DNA from: a virus
Length of the DNA stretch: 64,000 nt
Direction: 5' to 3' (one strand)
IMG/VR virus record: IMGVR_UViG_3300021962_000031
Position 1 is the first letter of the stretch. Every line of letters begins with the position of its first letter. Under the pieces are notes generated by a model, which saw nothing but the letters and a program-made list of their open reading frames with translations, was not told the DNA's origin and did not search any database. This document shows, piece after piece, positions 29,115 to 38,706 of this stretch. Position numbers and translations under genes: made by a program.

Positions 29115-29436
29115 AGGCTAATCGGAGGGCCTCGGTCGCCTGCTGCGCCTTTTCTTCGGAAAAACCGGCCCGGATCAACTTCTTATACACCTTGTGGTGG
29201 GCGTACATCCGGGTGACAGGGCCATTGCCGTGCGCTAGCCCTCGAAGGGCAGAACGGGCTTTTTTGCATTCCCAAAGCAATCGGAGTGCCTGAATTCCAA
29301 TGGAGATGATCATGAGAATCGTGAATGGGTCAAAACCCACCAGATTCTCTTCCAAATACCCTTGGAGGATTGGATATTGCCCGCTCACGGCAGGCTTAAT
29401 TACGGATTCGTCAGGATTGTGATTTTCTTCGGTCAT
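29083..29436 (-). CDS. Hypothetical single-TM protein
   Basis: FDPFTILMIISIGIQALRLL hydrophobic segment. Confidence 0.6.
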   Translation of the reverse strand: MTEENHNPDESVIKPAVSGQYPILQGYLEENLVGFDPFTILMIISIGIQALRLLWECKKARSALRGLAHGNGPVTRMYAHHKVYKKLIRAGFSEEKAQQATEALRLAFAEGRFDDGG

Positions 29437-29632
29437 TTTTCATCCCCGTATAGGTTCTTCGCCACCAAACCTTGAGTTTGGAGTCCCAAAACCAAAGTTC
29501 AAGATTGGCTGGGTTCTGAGCAAGAGACGAACCCCAACCAGCTTGCCATTCAGATGACGGAACCAGATTGAAATCTTCTTTGGGCTGATCGGATTGACCG
29601 AGAAGCGCCATGCTCAAAAACAAATCTTTCAT
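29411..29632 (-). CDS. Small Trp-rich hypothetical protein
   Basis: ATGA-coupled to the protease gene. Confidence 0.5.
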   Translation of the reverse strand: MKDLFLSMALLGQSDQPKEDFNLVPSSEWQAGWGSSLAQNPANLELWFWDSKLKVWWRRTYTGMKNDRRKSQS

Positions 29633-30564
29633 TTGCCGACCAAATCAAAGAGGTGCATGGGTATGTCCTGGCTGGGGAAGCCGTTGAACTGGCTGATCAG
29701 GAAGGTGTCTCCCTGGCCAATCATGCGCTCAATCGTCTTCCGCTTGACCTTCAGGGTGCCGCGGGGCATCTCCTCGCCCGTGCCGGGGTTCTTGACCACG
29801 CCGTGGACATCGCCCCAGGAATTGGCAATGTAGACATGTTCCTGGTCGAGCAGGCAATAATCGTAGATGCACATTTGATGCGCCCAAGACCCGCTGGGGT
29901 CGTGATAGCCATCGCCCCCCGGAGTCATCTCAAATCCTTGGTTGCTGGCGACTGTGCAAGAATAGCCATTAGCCAATCCCGCAACCAGATCGTCCCAGCT
30001 TTTCACCTTGGCCGCAGACTGTACGAGATACTTCTTGCCAACATCGATGAACTTGGTATCGGGACCTTTGGCTCCCCAACGACGAGCAATGTCCTTGCCA
30101 TAGGGTGGACAGTCATCCTTGTTGGCGAAGATGGAGCCAAATTTCATCACGCCTGCCGCAGCCCACGAACCGATGCTGCCATCACCACCCAGCCTGCCGC
30201 CGCCGATCTGCACGCGGCTGATTCCGTAGATATAGGGGGCGAAGACTGGATGAAACTCCTCGGCGTCCTTACGCATGAGGATGTCCACACAGGAGAGGTA
30301 CTCGATGGCGTGCTTCATCCCCCACGCGACACAGTCCCCAATCAGTTGGACGCTCAGCTTGCCACCGATGTCCCGTCCCAGAACCTTGCGGGCCACTTGG
30401 TAGTTCTGGGAGAACTTGGGGGGATCGGCCACCACATCGCCAACGATCTGGAAGTCGAGGAAGTTGTAGCTGTCCTTGATCAGGGTGAACTGTTCGGCAG
30501 CTACCTCTTCACCCAGCCAGCCCGACTCGTTGCCGTCAATGTAGCCCTTGATGATATCGTCCAT
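29629..30564 (-). CDS. Papain-like (C1) cysteine peptidase
   Basis: Q..GDCVAW, AHQM, ANSWG give Gln/Cys/His/Asn catalytic residues. Confidence 0.85.
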   Translation of the reverse strand: MDDIIKGYIDGNESGWLGEEVAAEQFTLIKDSYNFLDFQIVGDVVADPPKFSQNYQVARKVLGRDIGGKLSVQLIGDCVAWGMKHAIEYLSCVDILMRKDAEEFHPVFAPYIYGISRVQIGGGRLGGDGSIGSWAAAGVMKFGSIFANKDDCPPYGKDIARRWGAKGPDTKFIDVGKKYLVQSAAKVKSWDDLVAGLANGYSCTVASNQGFEMTPGGDGYHDPSGSWAHQMCIYDYCLLDQEHVYIANSWGDVHGVVKNPGTGEEMPRGTLKVKRKTIERMIGQGDTFLISQFNGFPSQDIPMHLFDLVGK

Positions 30565-30571
30565 TATGACC

Positions 30572-31387
30572 TCACTTAACGGCTTTCAGCCCAATGGCAA
30601 TCTCCCGCCAAGCGTCTGCGTAGTCCTCGGCGGTTGAGATTTTCTTAGACTTGTACATTTGATACAGAGACTTCTGCAATTCAGACCCAAACTCTTCTAA
30701 GGGGTTGGGATCGACATTGGCAGAGGCAAGGGCGGCGTTATTGGCTTGCTTGGTCGCCTCTAGGATTTGATCGCCAGTCTTGTAGGCGCCAGCAGCAACG
30801 GCACTCGCAATAGACTCAAAGGATTCAGCAAGGGCATTTGCAGCTTTAGCCCTAGGTTCTTTGACTTTGCCAACGAAGTGTTGATAGGTGATTTTGGCCA
30901 GTCCGAACCGCCCGTCCGGCAGCGTGGGGGTGGGGTTCGGAGCGGGACCCGGGCCTGGTGGGGTGGGTTGGGGATTTGGACCCGGGTTTGGTTCGGACTG
31001 GCCAATTTGTAGCTCAGCAGTTAAGAGTTGACTCCTAACTTGAGCATCTTTGATTTTGTCCCCTTCCTTATCAATATATAGATAAGAGACGGCCGCAATG
31101 ACAAGCATCTTTTTCGACTGAACACCAGCACCGAAGAAAATGCCGTCTCCTTGTTGCCGAACACGCTTTGGCGTATTGCCCTCAAAGACCTTCCAGTCCA
31201 CGCTGACAGAGGCAAGGTTTGGCGACCGATTCTCCATCGGAGAAAGAGCCAAATCAACCAATTCGCCCAGGGGTACGGGCTTCTCAGCCCCCACAATCGA
31301 CTGCTTGGGCAAAGGATATTTATCTTGACCAAAAGCAGTCAGGGCGGACAAAGCAAGGCAAGAGAGAGCAAAAAACGCGCTGCGCAC
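30572..31387 (-). CDS. Secreted protein with Pro-rich linker
   Basis: Signal peptide MRSAFFALSCLALSALTAFG; PNPGPNPQPTPPGPGPAPNPTP linker. Confidence 0.7.
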   Translation of the reverse strand: MRSAFFALSCLALSALTAFGQDKYPLPKQSIVGAEKPVPLGELVDLALSPMENRSPNLASVSVDWKVFEGNTPKRVRQQGDGIFFGAGVQSKKMLVIAAVSYLYIDKEGDKIKDAQVRSQLLTAELQIGQSEPNPGPNPQPTPPGPGPAPNPTPTLPDGRFGLAKITYQHFVGKVKEPRAKAANALAESFESIASAVAAGAYKTGDQILEATKQANNAALASANVDPNPLEEFGSELQKSLYQMYKSKKISTAEDYADAWREIAIGLKAVK

Positions 31388-31395
31388 AAATCACC

Positions 31396-31689
31396 TCAAT
31401 TAACAGGGCCAATCTTGGTGGGGACAAACTGGGTTAAAGCCAAGTTGAGTTCAGCCAGGCTAGGCTCCTTGCCGTCTTCAAAGAGGTTAAGGATGTAGCA
31501 AGCGAATTCTGCAAACCAAGGTTGACCGGCCAGCTTGGTCAAAGCATCAATGGCTTTGTCATCGGTAGTGCCTGGCAGAATCTTCTTTAGCCAAGTTGCA
31601 GTTCCAACCACAATCTCGACATAACGCTTTACCTGATCAACATCAGTAGCCATTTCTGTGTCTCCAAGAGGGTATTTCGCACGGATCAC
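31396..31689 (-). CDS. Hypothetical protein
   Basis: ORF heading the protease module. Confidence 0.55.
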   Translation of the reverse strand: MIRAKYPLGDTEMATDVDQVKRYVEIVVGTATWLKKILPGTTDDKAIDALTKLAGQPWFAEFACYILNLFEDGKEPSLAELNLALTQFVPTKIGPVN

Positions 31690-31694
31690 CCATA

Positions 31695-32210
31695 CTAACC
31701 TTCCTGGGCCATGAGTCGTTCTTTGAGGTTTTTCATGGCCTCATTCTTCCTTTTCCTGGCCATTTGCTTTGACCAGCCAAACTTGGCCGAGACTTCCCTC
31801 AGAGAGCGACTTTCTAGAAAATAAAACTGCACGATCTCACGATCCTCATCGTTCAGTTGATCAACCGCCTCTCTAATCCATTCATCGTCAACGGTGGGGA
31901 AGCTCTCCTCGCCCACATCAGACTGGCTAGCTTGTTCTAGAGGGACAGTCATAGATAGAACTTTTGTGGAATTTTTCCGAAGCTCCCGCTTACATTCCCA
32001 TTCGCAGAAACGAAATAGGGAGGTGGTGAACTTCTGGTTGTAGCTAGGGTCGTGGCATTGCAGGGTGCGCCAGAGAGCATAAAGACTGCAAGTGTAAAGA
32101 TCATCGGGATGTAGGAGCGCAGCGTAGCGCGAGGTTACTTTCCGCATGATATTGCGATTGTCCTCGATCTTAAGGGCCTCCTCCAGCTGCTCAGTCGTAA
32201 CATCACGCAT
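31695..32210 (-). CDS. Phage sigma70-family factor (regions 2 and 4)
   Basis: DDL...ALWR...HDPS...KFTTSL; DQLNDEDREIV...SLREVS. Start trimmed to MRDVTT. Confidence 0.85.
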   Translation of the reverse strand: MRDVTTEQLEEALKIEDNRNIMRKVTSRYAALLHPDDLYTCSLYALWRTLQCHDPSYNQKFTTSLFRFCEWECKRELRKNSTKVLSMTVPLEQASQSDVGEESFPTVDDEWIREAVDQLNDEDREIVQFYFLESRSLREVSAKFGWSKQMARKRKNEAMKNLKERLMAQEG

Positions 32211-32820
32211 GACCGCACTTCTCCCAGCTTGAGGAGACGATTCGGTCTGCGAGTCCATCGTCTGTGAGTGCTTTGAGAAGGGACTCTCGGTCGCTGCCAC
32301 TACAGGCCCAGAGCCGTCCGTCTGGCATTCGGCAGATTGCCCAAACTTCATTCTTATGTTCCTCTGCGAGTTGTTTCTCAAGAAGGCGAACTGCCGCATC
32401 TTGTTTTTTGCTGACCGGCTTGGTTGGGGGAGGCTCCGGAACTCCACACAATGCGTGGTCGATGGCAGTTTGAACTGACTGAGTGTCAAACAAATTGGCA
32501 ATGCCGACCCACATCCGGTAACGAGTCCAGACCCGGAGGATTTCCACCCCCTCGATCTGCTCGACTGCCGAAACAACTTCTTTCGTGATGTCGAAATTGG
32601 TGTGGCAAACCCAGAGCTTGTACAGCTTGCTGCCCAGCCCGTGTTCGCCCATGGGGATAAGGCCATAGGGACCAGCAATCATGCGGACATGTCTGGCCTG
32701 CTCTTCCTCGTCGACGCCAAAAGAGTCAATAGTGGACTGTTCGCCAGACTGTTCGGGGTCCTTCCCGTCCTTCCAGCTCATGGGGTCTTGCCATTTGAGC
32801 CATTGCGTCTTGCGCTTCAT
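32203..32820 (-). CDS. Hypothetical protein
   Basis: ORF coupled between ThyX and sigma. Confidence 0.65.
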   Translation of the reverse strand: MKRKTQWLKWQDPMSWKDGKDPEQSGEQSTIDSFGVDEEEQARHVRMIAGPYGLIPMGEHGLGSKLYKLWVCHTNFDITKEVVSAVEQIEGVEILRVWTRYRMWVGIANLFDTQSVQTAIDHALCGVPEPPPTKPVSKKQDAAVRLLEKQLAEEHKNEVWAICRMPDGRLWACSGSDRESLLKALTDDGLADRIVSSSWEKCGHA

Positions 32821-33611
32821 GTCCCAGCTTCTCCCTGGAAAAATTTTCGATACTGCTTCCAGCCTCGGAAATTACCGATATCAACATCTCCCTTGAGTGC
32901 CACAGCCGTGTGTTCAAAGGGCGACCAATGACCAGATGCGGCCAAGCTGTCGTGAAGATCGAAATCCTTCTGGTAATTGATCTGGCCATCAAAGGTCTGG
33001 TAGGACACGCGGGCGGCGCGGGCGGTAGCAACCTTAAGGCGTTCTTCGTTGCTCAAACCTTCGCATTTGTCGCCGAAGGGAATATGCCATTCCCCTGGAT
33101 TCAGGAAGGCTGGCACGCTGGCCTCCATTGCGTCCCTCATCTCATAAGCAAGCTTCTGCATCTCTGGTTGAGCGTCTGGATGACAACGCAACTTGAAGAA
33201 ATTCTGCCATTCTGTGGCAGTAACGAGTACGGTCACTTTCATCCATGGCTCCAGCAATCTATTGACAATCTGCTTGTGAACGCCGATGGAGAGCATTTCC
33301 TTGGCCTTGAAGACGGCCTGGTCGCGGGCTTGAAGCCAAATAGACTCGGCTACCGGCTGGTCGGAAGGGGAAAGCTCCGCAAATGCCTGCATGCCGGACT
33401 GGTTTTTCCCCCAGTGGACAGGCATAGCGGGGTCTTTTTCTACCTGCTCGATGATCTTATTGGTCGGAATGGCCCGGCTGCTGGCAGCGTTTCGACTGAA
33501 AAGTCGATGCGTGTTGAACTCGGCCAAAATAAAACGAGGGAAATTAATCACCAGCGTGGTGATGCGGTTCCCAGCGGGGTTGACTGAATCGGCGATGATT
33601 TCGGCTGACAT
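32817..33611 (-). CDS. thyX: FAD-dependent thymidylate synthase
   Basis: EFNTHRLFSRNAASSRAIP, FFKLRCHPDAQPE, ARVSY, HWSPFEH. Confidence 0.93.
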   Translation of the reverse strand: MSAEIIADSVNPAGNRITTLVINFPRFILAEFNTHRLFSRNAASSRAIPTNKIIEQVEKDPAMPVHWGKNQSGMQAFAELSPSDQPVAESIWLQARDQAVFKAKEMLSIGVHKQIVNRLLEPWMKVTVLVTATEWQNFFKLRCHPDAQPEMQKLAYEMRDAMEASVPAFLNPGEWHIPFGDKCEGLSNEERLKVATARAARVSYQTFDGQINYQKDFDLHDSLAASGHWSPFEHTAVALKGDVDIGNFRGWKQYRKFFQGEAGT

Positions 33612-34024
33612 TACATATCCTTTCTGAACAAAAAGGCTTCTGTTGGACTTACTACTGGTTCTTGCTCGTTGGTGCCGGGCAAAGCCAATTCCATGGCAAC
33701 ATGCATGGCCTTCATGGCATATTCAAATTCCGAGTGTCGATCATTGATAATGCCGCAACGAGCGAGAGCGAAATTGATAACGGCCAGCAACTTGCCAGTC
33801 TGAAGCAGACCCAAGAGGGTTCCTAGCTTTTCGGCATTGTCCACGGCTTGGGAGGTGGTTTCCGGCGTCGGCACATCCATTGTGCAACGGATGTCGTCAC
33901 CTTCAAGCGTGATGTGGACAGCCAGTTTGACCTCTTTCAAATCTTTTGGGCTGCTAGCAGCATGCTTTTTAGGTGCAGGGGGTCGGCCGCGCTTGGCCTT
34001 CCCAGACTTGTCCAACTTTTCCAT
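33611..34024 (-). CDS. Hypothetical protein
   Basis: ORF abutting ThyX; basic KRGRP N-terminus. Confidence 0.55.
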   Translation of the reverse strand: MEKLDKSGKAKRGRPPAPKKHAASSPKDLKEVKLAVHITLEGDDIRCTMDVPTPETTSQAVDNAEKLGTLLGLLQTGKLLAVINFALARCGIINDRHSEFEYAMKAMHVAMELALPGTNEQEPVVSPTEAFLFRKDM

Positions 34025-34341
34025 TCGTAACCCTCCTCACGCACAGGCAACTCCTCTGGGATCATTCCCCCATATACGAGGAGTTGGGACCATGGATCGA
34101 CAGATTCAGAAATCGCAGCAGCAAGCCTAAGTTCCACCCATCCTTTGTCGGCAATCCGGGCACCCACGCCGGTTAACTTGCGAAGAAGATCAGACGCAGT
34201 CTGGAGACCGTCTTCACCAGGGATAGCCGGAGTGGTTGGCATGCGGTATGGCTGATTCTTGGTGGCCAAAAATTTGATCTCTTGGTTGCCACCAAAGGGG
34301 ACGCAGGCCACGACCAGCCCGATCTTTAGGTCACAGGACAT
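33937..34341 (-). CDS. Hypothetical protein, possibly degenerate Nudix-like
   Basis: P....PGED...A...L...TG pattern without the catalytic Glu residues. Confidence 0.4.
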   Translation of the reverse strand: MSCDLKIGLVVACVPFGGNQEIKFLATKNQPYRMPTTPAIPGEDGLQTASDLLRKLTGVGARIADKGWVELRLAAAISESVDPWSQLLVYGGMIPEELPVREEGYEWKSWTSLGRPSAADPLHLKSMLLAAQKI

Positions 34342-35440
34342 AGGACACCCCCAAGGTTTCGCAAATCTTTTGGGCGGCAGTTTCCCAGGAGAGTTTTTTG
34401 GCTGTGTCGATGCCGACTTCGTTCAAACTCATGACGCCTTCCTTCCGTAGACGATGCATGGTTTTCATGCCGTTTGCCAAAGCCTCGATGGTTAATTGTG
34501 TGAGTTGGTGCCAATTTCCGTTGCCGAAAAACCATTTGCCATCCCAGGCTTTTTCTTTGCCGCCGACAGGAACAAGTATGGAGTTCTCGCCATTGAGGTA
34601 ATCGGTATGGGCGGTCACCGGGGTGGCAATCACATGTCGCCCCATAGACAGAAGCTCAAGTGCCTCTAGATTCCAACCTTCCCCGCGACTGGGAAAGACT
34701 CCGCAGTGACAGGTGGCAAAAAGATCAGCGACTTCTTTGTGGGTCTGCAATCGCATGGGGATGCGAATCTTGCTTCCAAGCAGCGATTTCTTGTAGTAGT
34801 CCACCCATTCGTTTGTTTCTTCCGGCGACAAGAAGGGGTTGTCGCACAGCATGACCAATTCCACATCATCATCGGGGCCGAAAGCCCGCATGAAAGCCTG
34901 GAGAAGGACATCGTGACCCTTGCGAATTTCCCATTTCCCAGCGTTGATAAACCGAGTAGGGCCGCCAACAGGCAAGGGTTTCTCGGCGAATACTTCGCGA
35001 TCAACACCGCAATGGATTGTTTCAATTTGACTGGTCACGCCGTTTTTGCGCATGACCTCCTTGGCCCAGTTCCCAAAGGCAAAAACATAATCCATTTGAT
35101 TGAGTTGGTAGACTTCTTCCAGCTTCAGCGTGTCCAGCTCAAAGAATGTGGCTGCGGAACGCTTGCCGCGGGTAGGATGTTGCGCCAAATCCCAAGCATG
35201 CCATAGACGAAAAGATGGCGTGTGAGCGTTGTAAAATTTGGCCCGCTCCGAAGCTTTTTGAAAAAGCTCAAGCTCGTCGCTTGGGACAACAGCATTGCCA
35301 ATAGGAAACAGAGACGGTTCAGTCCCGATTTTGTGAAATGCTTTTACCAAATTTCGGCCAACAGTTCCGTAACCCAAATCGTTGACGGGCGTGCAGACAT
35401 TGATCGCCATCAATTTCCTCCGTGAAAATACTGCTTGCAA
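34331..35440 (-). CDS. GT-B (GT4-like) glycosyltransferase
   Basis: LGYG, GKWEIRKG, PSRGEGWNLEALE. Confidence 0.88.
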   Translation of the reverse strand: MQAVFSRRKLMAINVCTPVNDLGYGTVGRNLVKAFHKIGTEPSLFPIGNAVVPSDELELFQKASERAKFYNAHTPSFRLWHAWDLAQHPTRGKRSAATFFELDTLKLEEVYQLNQMDYVFAFGNWAKEVMRKNGVTSQIETIHCGVDREVFAEKPLPVGGPTRFINAGKWEIRKGHDVLLQAFMRAFGPDDDVELVMLCDNPFLSPEETNEWVDYYKKSLLGSKIRIPMRLQTHKEVADLFATCHCGVFPSRGEGWNLEALELLSMGRHVIATPVTAHTDYLNGENSILVPVGGKEKAWDGKWFFGNGNWHQLTQLTIEALANGMKTMHRLRKEGVMSLNEVGIDTAKKLSWETAAQKICETLGVSYVL

Positions 35441-36279
35441 TTTCCCCAGTAGGGATGGTCGGCTGAGGTTGCATTCCCATAAACGCAGTAATGACTAGTG
35501 AAATGAATGCCGTGGTTTATATGGACTGATGGGTTTTGACTTTCCCATGTCAGTCGCGTGTGATTTTGTGGTTCGACCAGCCCAGCATTGGTATGGATGG
35601 CGTTGGGGAGGATTGATTCCAGATGGCGAATTGCGTCGTTAAAACGCAAGGTCATTTGATGGAAGGGTTGGTCGTGTTGTTTGCGGGGTTGAAAGCCCTC
35701 CCGACAAACCCCCTGGTAATTCATGTTGGTCATCACTTCCCCGTCAGAAAAAACGGGGAATTTGAAATAGTCCATGGGATAAAGAACATCATGTTCCAAG
35801 AAGGAAACATATTCGTATTTGGCCATTGATCTGGCGGCGTATAAACATTGCAAAATTTGCAGGACTTGATTGAGGTGGGAGAGTGTCTGCGTCCAAGAAT
35901 AGACTTCAGTGAAGGGATTGCCGGGTATCGATTTCCACGGGCAAGTAACGACATCAGCCCCGCAAAAATCGCTGGCTTTTTTGATTGACTCAAGAGATTT
36001 CAAGATGCTAGTTTCGCAGCCCGCAGGATTGTAGGTATAAAAAACCCCCAATCTTGTGGCCGTTCGCTTGGGCAGGGTGACATATTCCCCTTCGGTAACT
36101 CTGAGAGTTTCCTGCTCGTCGCCAATCTGGTAGGCCAGATCAAAAGTTTTGACGGTGCCTGGCTGGGGGTCGCCAAAGACATGATTCCCGACCCGGAAAA
36201 ACAACAGGCCTTCCTTGACCAAGAACTTGACCGTATCAGTGACATCGCGTTGACCGTAAGTTGCCCTAAGAATTTTCAT
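35410..36279 (-). CDS. Lectin-like (SUEL/DUF3395-type) domain fused to GT-A-like domain
   Basis: KILRATYG..DVT...FGDPQPGTVK; FLEHDVLY. Start trimmed to MKILR. Confidence 0.7.
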   Translation of the reverse strand: MKILRATYGQRDVTDTVKFLVKEGLLFFRVGNHVFGDPQPGTVKTFDLAYQIGDEQETLRVTEGEYVTLPKRTATRLGVFYTYNPAGCETSILKSLESIKKASDFCGADVVTCPWKSIPGNPFTEVYSWTQTLSHLNQVLQILQCLYAARSMAKYEYVSFLEHDVLYPMDYFKFPVFSDGEVMTNMNYQGVCREGFQPRKQHDQPFHQMTLRFNDAIRHLESILPNAIHTNAGLVEPQNHTRLTWESQNPSVHINHGIHFTSHYCVYGNATSADHPYWGNCKQYFHGGN

Positions 36280-37010
36280 CAGGCGCCCTCGCCTGCTTTT
36301 TTGAGATGGCAATAATCCTGCGCCCAATGAGTTTGCAGTACGATCTCGCCTGTCCTGAGCCGCCCCTCCTGATTCTTCTGGGAGACATATTCCTTGACGG
36401 AATGGCTGACAGAATCGTTGTCCCATTTACTAACGTGGTAATTCCCAGTGACGTCCCAGCGGTAAATGTAAAAATAGTCAGACTGGGGTATTTCGGTGCT
36501 GAAGTGGCCGTATTCCTTGTAGAGGTCGTAGATCAGTTTCCGATCCACATTCATCCGATCCACTTCCTCGTAGCCACCGACCCCCCAAAAGGTATCCCGG
36601 TGAATGGCTAAGCAAGAGTGAAAAAGGTTGTAGGCCGGCTCGACTAAATTTTCCGCCGACAGGTAGAAGGCATTCCAGGTGTGGAACAAGCCATTTTTGA
36701 GGCGTTCAATGCTGTAGGAAAGCCGGTGGGGCAAAAAGATGTCGTCATCGTCCCAGACACACAGCACTTCTCCTGTCGCCGCCTTGGCTGTCAGATTGAA
36801 CTTGCGGCCCAGACAACAGACCTCTTCAGGCAGATTGACAATGCGAACCTGGGGATGATCAAAGATTAGCTTTTGTGAGGGGAGATCGTTGACAATAACC
36901 AATTCCTTCTCGCCCAAGTAATCTTGGATAAGAAAGGAATGGATGGCCTCCTCTAAGCATTCGGGACGGCCGTAGGTTGGGCAAAGACAACTGACCTTGG
37001 GCAAACTCAC
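36279..37010 (-). CDS. GT2 glycosyltransferase
   Basis: VSCLCPTYGR, ELVIVND, WDDDD, VGGY. Confidence 0.9.
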   Translation of the reverse strand: MSLPKVSCLCPTYGRPECLEEAIHSFLIQDYLGEKELVIVNDLPSQKLIFDHPQVRIVNLPEEVCCLGRKFNLTAKAATGEVLCVWDDDDIFLPHRLSYSIERLKNGLFHTWNAFYLSAENLVEPAYNLFHSCLAIHRDTFWGVGGYEEVDRMNVDRKLIYDLYKEYGHFSTEIPQSDYFYIYRWDVTGNYHVSKWDNDSVSHSVKEYVSQKNQEGRLRTGEIVLQTHWAQDYCHLKKAGEGA

Positions 37011-37075
37011 AGATTGTTCCTGTCAGGAGAAATATAATGTCTCTGACAGAATGATAGATAGGATGCTACAAAGGA

Positions 37076-37255
37076 TCAATTATCATTTTTGTTTGGAATT
37101 TCAATCACGCGGACATTGCGATAACCTTCCTGGATGTAGTCATCGGCCCGCTTCCAGGCTTTTTGCCAACCCATACCCCGATCTGGAAAAGACGCCAGCT
37201 TGACAGACCGGCGTTTTTCTGGGGGCGTCCCGTGTACCTCGTACACAGCAGACAT
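37076..37255 (-). CDS. 59-aa hypothetical protein
   Basis: Manual translation MSAVYEVHGTPPEK...IEIPNKNDN; too short for the track. Confidence 0.5.
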   Translation of the reverse strand: MSAVYEVHGTPPEKRRSVKLASFPDRGMGWQKAWKRADDYIQEGYRNVRVIEIPNKNDN

Positions 37256-37271
37256 GGGTCACCCGCCTTTT

Positions 37272-37601
37272 TTAGATTTTGGCAGTTTCTTCAGCTTGTT
37301 TTTCTAGCTTGTGAAACTGGCGGCTGTGATTCCGAACATTGATGTTTATTTCGGCCATGTTTTGGGCCAACATGTCCTGATTTCGGACGAGAAGGTCCTG
37401 ATTACGGACAATCAGGTCTTGGTTGTCGGAGATTTTCTCGACCGCCCCGCTGATCTTGTCGAGGAATTGAATGTGACGATTGGCGACAGGAAGTAAAATC
37501 TTATCGGCAGCCCAGTTAACTGACCGATAAAGCGCCCATCCACAAATGGCAAGCAGGGTGATCGGAAGGCCAAAACGCTCAAGAATAACTAGATAATCCA
37601 T
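37272..37601 (-). CDS. Single-TM plus coiled-coil protein (holin-like)
   Basis: N-terminal TM segment; heptads NQDLIVR NQDLLVR NQDMLAQ. Confidence 0.55.
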   Translation of the reverse strand: MDYLVILERFGLPITLLAICGWALYRSVNWAADKILLPVANRHIQFLDKISGAVEKISDNQDLIVRNQDLLVRNQDMLAQNMAEININVRNHSRQFHKLEKQAEETAKI

Positions 37602-37653
37602 GGCCAAGCCTCCGACGGTGCCAGGTAGGGATTGCCTACCCAGCAATACACCG

Positions 37654-37929
37654 TCAGCTTGCCGTAACCCCCTTCAAAATGGAGGTTTGCAGCCAGCCAC
37701 GAATGAGCATGTTTTCCATGCATTGGGCGACTTCTTTCGCCCCTCCCCGGATGGGTCCGTCATCCGGATGTTTCTTAACCCAGGACAGCACAATGTCGGC
37801 CATTTGGCGGGCAGAAACCGGACCTTCAGGCATGAGACTATAGATCAGACTTTCCGTCGGAGTGTCGAATCTGGTCGATGGTCTCTTGGCCGACTTCACG
37901 AAATACACGGTCTGGTTCAGGCTCATCAT
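37654..37929 (-). CDS. Hypothetical protein
   Basis: 91-aa ORF. Confidence 0.5.
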   Translation of the reverse strand: MMSLNQTVYFVKSAKRPSTRFDTPTESLIYSLMPEGPVSARQMADIVLSWVKKHPDDGPIRGGAKEVAQCMENMLIRGWLQTSILKGVTAS

Positions 37930-38071
37930 CTATCCTCCTACCCATATTGACCGGGTAAGGGCAGTGACGGCACCCGCCATGACAACATTTTCCGCGACTT
38001 AGGAGGTAAGTCCTTGTCAGAACATAACTTCCGTTTTCAATATAATAATCGCGGCCTTCTACTAAGTTCAC
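37838..38071 (-). CDS. DUF5522-like Cys-rich protein
   Basis: DYYIENG..VLT..YLLSRGKCCHGGCRHCPY; GTGA overlap with the upstream gene. Confidence 0.75.
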   Translation of the reverse strand: MNLVEGRDYYIENGSYVLTRTYLLSRGKCCHGGCRHCPYPVNMGRRIDDEPEPDRVFREVGQETIDQIRHSDGKSDL

Positions 38072-38424
38072 GAAAGCGTCAACAGATAGAGTGTTTTGTA
38101 AGACAAAGCTAGGGCGTTGTCGATAATGTTTTGATGGTAGCTTTGCACCCCAGGAATCATTTGCGGTGCAGCCTTCAGGATAGCGCAAAACTCTTTCAGG
38201 TAGGCTGAAAAATCCACATTGGCCGGGACATTCATTGGCGCATCCAGGTTCAAGATGCCATATTCGCCCTGGATCACTTCGGCCAGCTCATCAGCAATAG
38301 CCAGAATGCCATCATAAAACTCGTTAGATGCTTTGTGTGCCGCAAAAGAACGGGTCGCCAAATGAAAATGGTGAGCAACCTGCCTAGCTTCAAATAACTT
38401 ATGAATCAGGGTGGAGAAATCCAT
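38068..38424 (-). CDS. Ferritin/Dps-like phage protein
   Basis: HHFHL...FAAHKA..EFYD......DELAE..QG. Confidence 0.75.
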   Translation of the reverse strand: MDFSTLIHKLFEARQVAHHFHLATRSFAAHKASNEFYDGILAIADELAEVIQGEYGILNLDAPMNVPANVDFSAYLKEFCAILKAAPQMIPGVQSYHQNIIDNALALSYKTLYLLTLS

Positions 38425-38439
38425 GGGATTAAACCTCTT

Positions 38440-38706
38440 TTATTGAATGCTGTCGCCGAGAAAGAATTTACCAATAGAGGTAGCGGCGGGTGGGTTGGTC
38501 TGCTTGATACTGACTTGCGACGCAGTAGGAGTCTCTACTCCGCTAGGCATAACGGAATAGTCAGCACCGAAAGCGACCTTTTTGAGGATTTGCTTTTGCT
38601 CGGCATAGAACTGCTCGGTAATGACCTGAGTGTTCTGGGTGAGCGCACCCGACCCGTGGGGAACCATCTGGCCGGAAACAACAGGATTGCCGTAAAGATC
38701 GGGCAT
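38440..38706 (-). CDS. Hypothetical protein
   Basis: GAGGA RBS upstream. Confidence 0.6.
   Translation of the reverse strand: MPDLYGNPVVSGQMVPHGSGALTQNTQVITEQFYAEQKQILKKVAFGADYSVMPSGVETPTASQVSIKQTNPPAATSIGKFFLGDSIQ

Noticed and set aside
32211-32678. Long N-terminal extension of the sigma ORF (also the extensions of 35410-36426 and 50246-52693)
   Set aside because: They overlap real upstream genes in another frame; downstream coupled ATGs fit better.
37020-37049. Hairpin with TATAAT in its loop upstream of the GT2 gene
   Set aside because: TATAAT is on the opposite strand to the gene, with no -35 box and no plus-strand target.
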